Below are positions 60,933 through 64,000 of a DNA stretch of 64,000 nucleotides, in pieces. A model generated the notes under the pieces. It made no database searches and was not told the DNA's origin. It worked only from the letters and a program-made list of their open reading frames with translations. The DNA comes from Spirochaetia bacterium (GTDB lineage Bacteria; Spirochaetota; Spirochaetia; SZUA-6; Bin103), in NCBI GenBank assembly GCA_965208575.1, contig CBDBOV010000004.1:64001-128000 (forward strand), written 5' to 3'. Positions within the stretch are counted from its first letter, which is position 1; each line of letters opens with the position of its first letter. A program made the translations under genes and the position numbers.

Positions 60933-61340
60933 TTACTGAGGCTCGCTACTCGACCAATCCGTGAAACCGTGGATGCTGTGCCCGTCAGCGCAGTCCAGGT
61001 CCCATGGATCGCATCCCGCATCGAACGGCAGCGATACCCCTGGAGATGAGGATGGCGGCGGCGGTGGCGGTGGGTCTGGCGTGCATACGATCCGTTCGTA
61101 GGTCACCTTCTTGTGAGTCTTGACCCGAACCGTGGTCCAACAACAGCTCAGCGTCCCCGCCGGCCGTCCGCGCAGCAGGTCACTGAAAGTGCCCTTGGAG
61201 ACCGTGCACTTGTAGACTCGCCTGCTCTCTATCGTCGCACCCACTTCGACTCCTTCACGACTTTGCAGCCGGCGTACACCGTTACCGCGGCGAACAGCGC
61301 CATCTCCGCAACCATCACGAACGCAACCAGCCGCGGCGCT
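60933..61340 (-). other. Possible frameshifted small secreted Cys/Pro-rich protein
   Basis: A signal-like stretch (LVAFVMVAEMALFAAVTVYAGC) in one frame and a Cys-rich/poly-Pro segment in another. Confidence 0.3.
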
Positions 61341-61469
61341 ACCCGCCGAAGCACTGCCTTGCGAGGGGGAGCCAGCCTGGGGCGCATCTGCGTCGCGGCG
61401 TGTCAACCCCTTCGTCTGAGGAATTACGCGGAATAGCAACCAGAGGCTGATCGTGACGCGCTTCCCGGC

Positions 61470-62366
61470 TTATGCGAATGCGGGCAACTGCTGCTGTACT
61501 TCGATTGGCGAGAATCGGCGGTGGGAATCTTCCCAGTACCCACGGTCCTTCTCGACCGAGATCCACCTCCTGCCAAGTGATTCGGCGACCATACCGGTAG
61601 TGTTGGAGCCGGCAAACGGATCAACCACCAGATCTCCGGGATCGGTGCAGAAGCTGACAAAGAACCGTGGCAATTCGGCAGGGAATCTTGCCGGATGAAT
61701 CTTTCGCCCGTTCGCCTTCGCGCCGTTGATGTACTCACTGTTGCTCTCGTTGTTTCCGCATTGGAACAAGTTTGGAGGTATGGACCCGCCGTTATTGGAC
61801 GAGAAGGTCTGCCGAATGACGTGGCCGGAGGGTCTGGTCGTCTCGATTACGCCACGCGCTATAAGTCGTTCCATGTCTTTAGAATAGGAACGCAACACCT
61901 TCGCGTTGTTCGCCTTTGGAAATGCCTCCTTGCCGAGCCAGAAAATATACTCCACGGAATCCTTCACGCGGATACGGCGGACGTTCACCCATTCCGCAGG
62001 AGCAGGGAGCTTGGCCGGGTTGAACCAGAAGAATTCCTGGCACAGGTGGAACCCAATCTCCTCGCATAGATGCAACAACACCTTGAAATGATACAAGGAT
62101 CGTGTAGGAGCACCCGGCGTCCAAGCACCCCCAATGTTCAAAGCGAGGCTGCCGGTGGGCTTGAGCACCCGGAGTATCTGTTCGCAGAAAGGGCTGATCC
62201 AATCAACGTAGTCTTCCTGGTCTGCGTTCCCGTACTCCTTCTTGAAGTGCAGCGCATAGGGCGGCGACGTGACCACTAGGTCTACGGTGCTGCTTTCCAT
62301 ATCGGAGAGCACGTTGATCGCGTCGGCGCGGTGTGCGATCCCAAGACTGGTAGAGTAGGACGTCAC
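61470..62366 (-). CDS. Site-specific DNA methyltransferase, beta class (N4-C/N6-A, PvuII-like)
   Basis: VVTSPPY (motif IV) precedes HPARFP and VVDPFAGSNTT (motif I); GTGA coupling to the upstream gene. Confidence 0.92.
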   Translation of the reverse strand: MTSYSTSLGIAHRADAINVLSDMESSTVDLVVTSPPYALHFKKEYGNADQEDYVDWISPFCEQILRVLKPTGSLALNIGGAWTPGAPTRSLYHFKVLLHLCEEIGFHLCQEFFWFNPAKLPAPAEWVNVRRIRVKDSVEYIFWLGKEAFPKANNAKVLRSYSKDMERLIARGVIETTRPSGHVIRQTFSSNNGGSIPPNLFQCGNNESNSEYINGAKANGRKIHPARFPAELPRFFVSFCTDPGDLVVDPFAGSNTTGMVAESLGRRWISVEKDRGYWEDSHRRFSPIEVQQQLPAFA

Positions 62367-62980
62367 GATCCTTGCTCCAACAGGTCTCGTAGTGACCGAT
62401 ACCACGCCGGTGATAGCTCCTTCTTCGGCATCGGCACCCGCTGCATCGCTCGCAACTTCCCGGGGTGGGTTTGGTGTTCGAGCAGATCACTGGACCTGAT
62501 GAACAGGAAATCCGACCACCGCCCCGTCTTCTTTCCGAGACAAACGGCCAAAATGTCGAAGTACCCTACGTCGTAGAAACGGGTGCGGGGATCATCGTTT
62601 GATGTCCGTGTCTTCTGGACTTCGACCTTGTATGCTACCAGTTCGCCTTTCGTCCGGTAGCCTTGGTTCGCATCCCGAACCGTCTTGCACTCCACGGTGA
62701 GCTGGTCTCCGCCCAGGAGATTAATCGTACAATCGGGGTACCCGTCCCGGTCGTGCTCCTCGTAGCCTGCGATGGCCCCTTCTGATGTGAGCCGGCTAAG
62801 AATCTTGTCGAGATGAACTTCAGCGACCGCGCCTTCGAGGGCTACCCTGGCACGGAATCTACGGTTGATCGCATCCAGTAGTTCGGACGCGGTAAGGCCG
62901 TATCTCCTCTCTAGTTCATGAGATGGCTCGTTGGCGAGCGAGTCAGCAGGGCGCTTCTGTCCTTGGGGTCCGATGGGCAT
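62363..62980 (-). CDS. Putative type II restriction endonuclease, PD-(D/E)XK
   Basis: GAVAEVH, YPDCTI..VECK, VEVQKTR and FDILAVC; coupled to the MTase. Confidence 0.75.
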   Translation of the reverse strand: MPIGPQGQKRPADSLANEPSHELERRYGLTASELLDAINRRFRARVALEGAVAEVHLDKILSRLTSEGAIAGYEEHDRDGYPDCTINLLGGDQLTVECKTVRDANQGYRTKGELVAYKVEVQKTRTSNDDPRTRFYDVGYFDILAVCLGKKTGRWSDFLFIRSSDLLEHQTHPGKLRAMQRVPMPKKELSPAWYRSLRDLLEQGS

Positions 62981-63241
62981 GTGGCCTCCTATGCGTCCGA
63001 ATGTGCTATACCCCGCACCGATGGTGCCGTGACCGCAGCACCGCCCGGGCGAGCAGAACCGTATCCATGTCCAGCGGCTCCAACCAGGGACCCTCTCTTG
63101 GGTCGAGCTACTTGGTCTGCTTGGGGCGGGCTGCCTCTCGGTCGTGCTTCACCACGTCCACAGGGTAATCGAGCCGAGCGGTGGGTGACAACCCGCCCAA
63201 ATCGGCGCGTCAGGCGCCGCCTACGCGGCCCTGGCGGGCTC

Positions 63242-63901
63242 TCATCCCGGCCCACAGTCCTTGAGCGAAGGGTTGCCCAGCATCTGTCCATCACCGATCC
63301 CAACGACAGTCACACGGTCGCCTTTGCTCAGGGTCATCACGAAATCCTCATCTTTCGTCCGGCAAGCCACAGTGCTGAATCCCTCGGCTTCCAAGGAGAT
63401 GGTATACCCTCCGAATACTTCCTGTTCGTTGATGCTGAACACATAGCCCTCCACCTGCATCCACTTGCCCTTGAACAAACGGTTCCCGCGAGCCTCGTTT
63501 TCCCTGTAGGCAGCCGAAAGCTCTTCTGCGGTAACGCGCACTTCGATTTCTGTGGGCTTCTCTGGAGCCGACGCAGTCTTCTGCGGCCGGGGTCGGCTAT
63601 CCGACTCAGGAGCAAGGAGCCCGATCACCATGAATAGGACGAACAGAGACCCGAATGCGATCCCGACGATCGATAACGCGCGTCGGCAACCTTTCTTCTT
63701 CTCAGATGCGGGGTCGGCAGGGCTACTCACAAGGCCCCCGTCGCCCCTGGCGGACGAGGCCGATGAGGGCGTTCCGAATACGGTCGAAGCGATGAGCGGC
63801 AGAGGTGCCGATCCCAGGACCCGACATGCGACTGGTGGTGGCCATGTGGCGCCTCCTGTCGCCCGGCCCGCAAAGGTGCCGGGCTGGTTCGCAAGAGGCA
63901 C
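63242..63901 (-). CDS. Membrane-anchored OB-fold protein (tRNA_anti-like); start uncertain
   Basis: KKKGC + TM helix, VTAEELSAAYRENEARGNRLFKGK..VEG and LSKGDRVTVVG. Confidence 0.75.
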   Translation of the reverse strand: MPLANQPGTFAGRATGGATWPPPVACRVLGSAPLPLIASTVFGTPSSASSARGDGGLVSSPADPASEKKKGCRRALSIVGIAFGSLFVLFMVIGLLAPESDSRPRPQKTASAPEKPTEIEVRVTAEELSAAYRENEARGNRLFKGKWMQVEGYVFSINEQEVFGGYTISLEAEGFSTVACRTKDEDFVMTLSKGDRVTVVGIGDGQMLGNPSLKDCGPG

Positions 63902-64000
63902 TACGATCGCGCAGTTACTCTGAGGCCCTGATGTATTCGCGCCGCGTCCGGGTAGCTACTCCCTTCCGCTGGTGGCGCTGTTGTATTCGATCAGCAGCCC

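Overview
A GC-rich, heavily rearranged bacterial region. Its content (PhyH dioxygenases, sulfatases, sialidase, Gfo/Idh/MocA oxidoreductases, family-5 ABC binding proteins with an 'AAAEEEPAAAMEKEMVLDPTTG' leader, Calx-beta protein, AAA/PD-(D/E)XK genes) resembles marine-sponge symbionts, possibly Spirochaetota; this is inference only. The metabolic and transport backbone is interleaved with mobile and defence-type cargo. That cargo includes a DEDD-exonuclease/RecQ/UvrD fusion running off the left end, two AAA+PD-(D/E)XK paralogues in a partial tandem duplication, and an AAA_14 ATPase. It also includes a frameshifted nuclease with an antitoxin-like tail coupled to VapC, a complete ISKra4-type IS (9-bp TSD), a complete IS3 (3-bp TSD) and an AlbA_2/Schlafen-HATPase-TPR gene. 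A tyrosine-integrase island at the right carries an R-M pair. The best candidate for a poorly described system is an intact 4.16-kb four-gene transposon that splits a sulfatase. It encodes a Zn-ribbon/HTH protein, a Mu/IS481-like DDE transposase, an ExeA-type AAA ATPase and a RepA/AAA_25 helicase-like protein, and its strand skew switches from G-rich to C-rich. A second recurring pattern is single cargo genes bracketed by diverged duplicates of the neighbouring host gene's end. All family assignments come from motif recognition by eye; no database searches were run.
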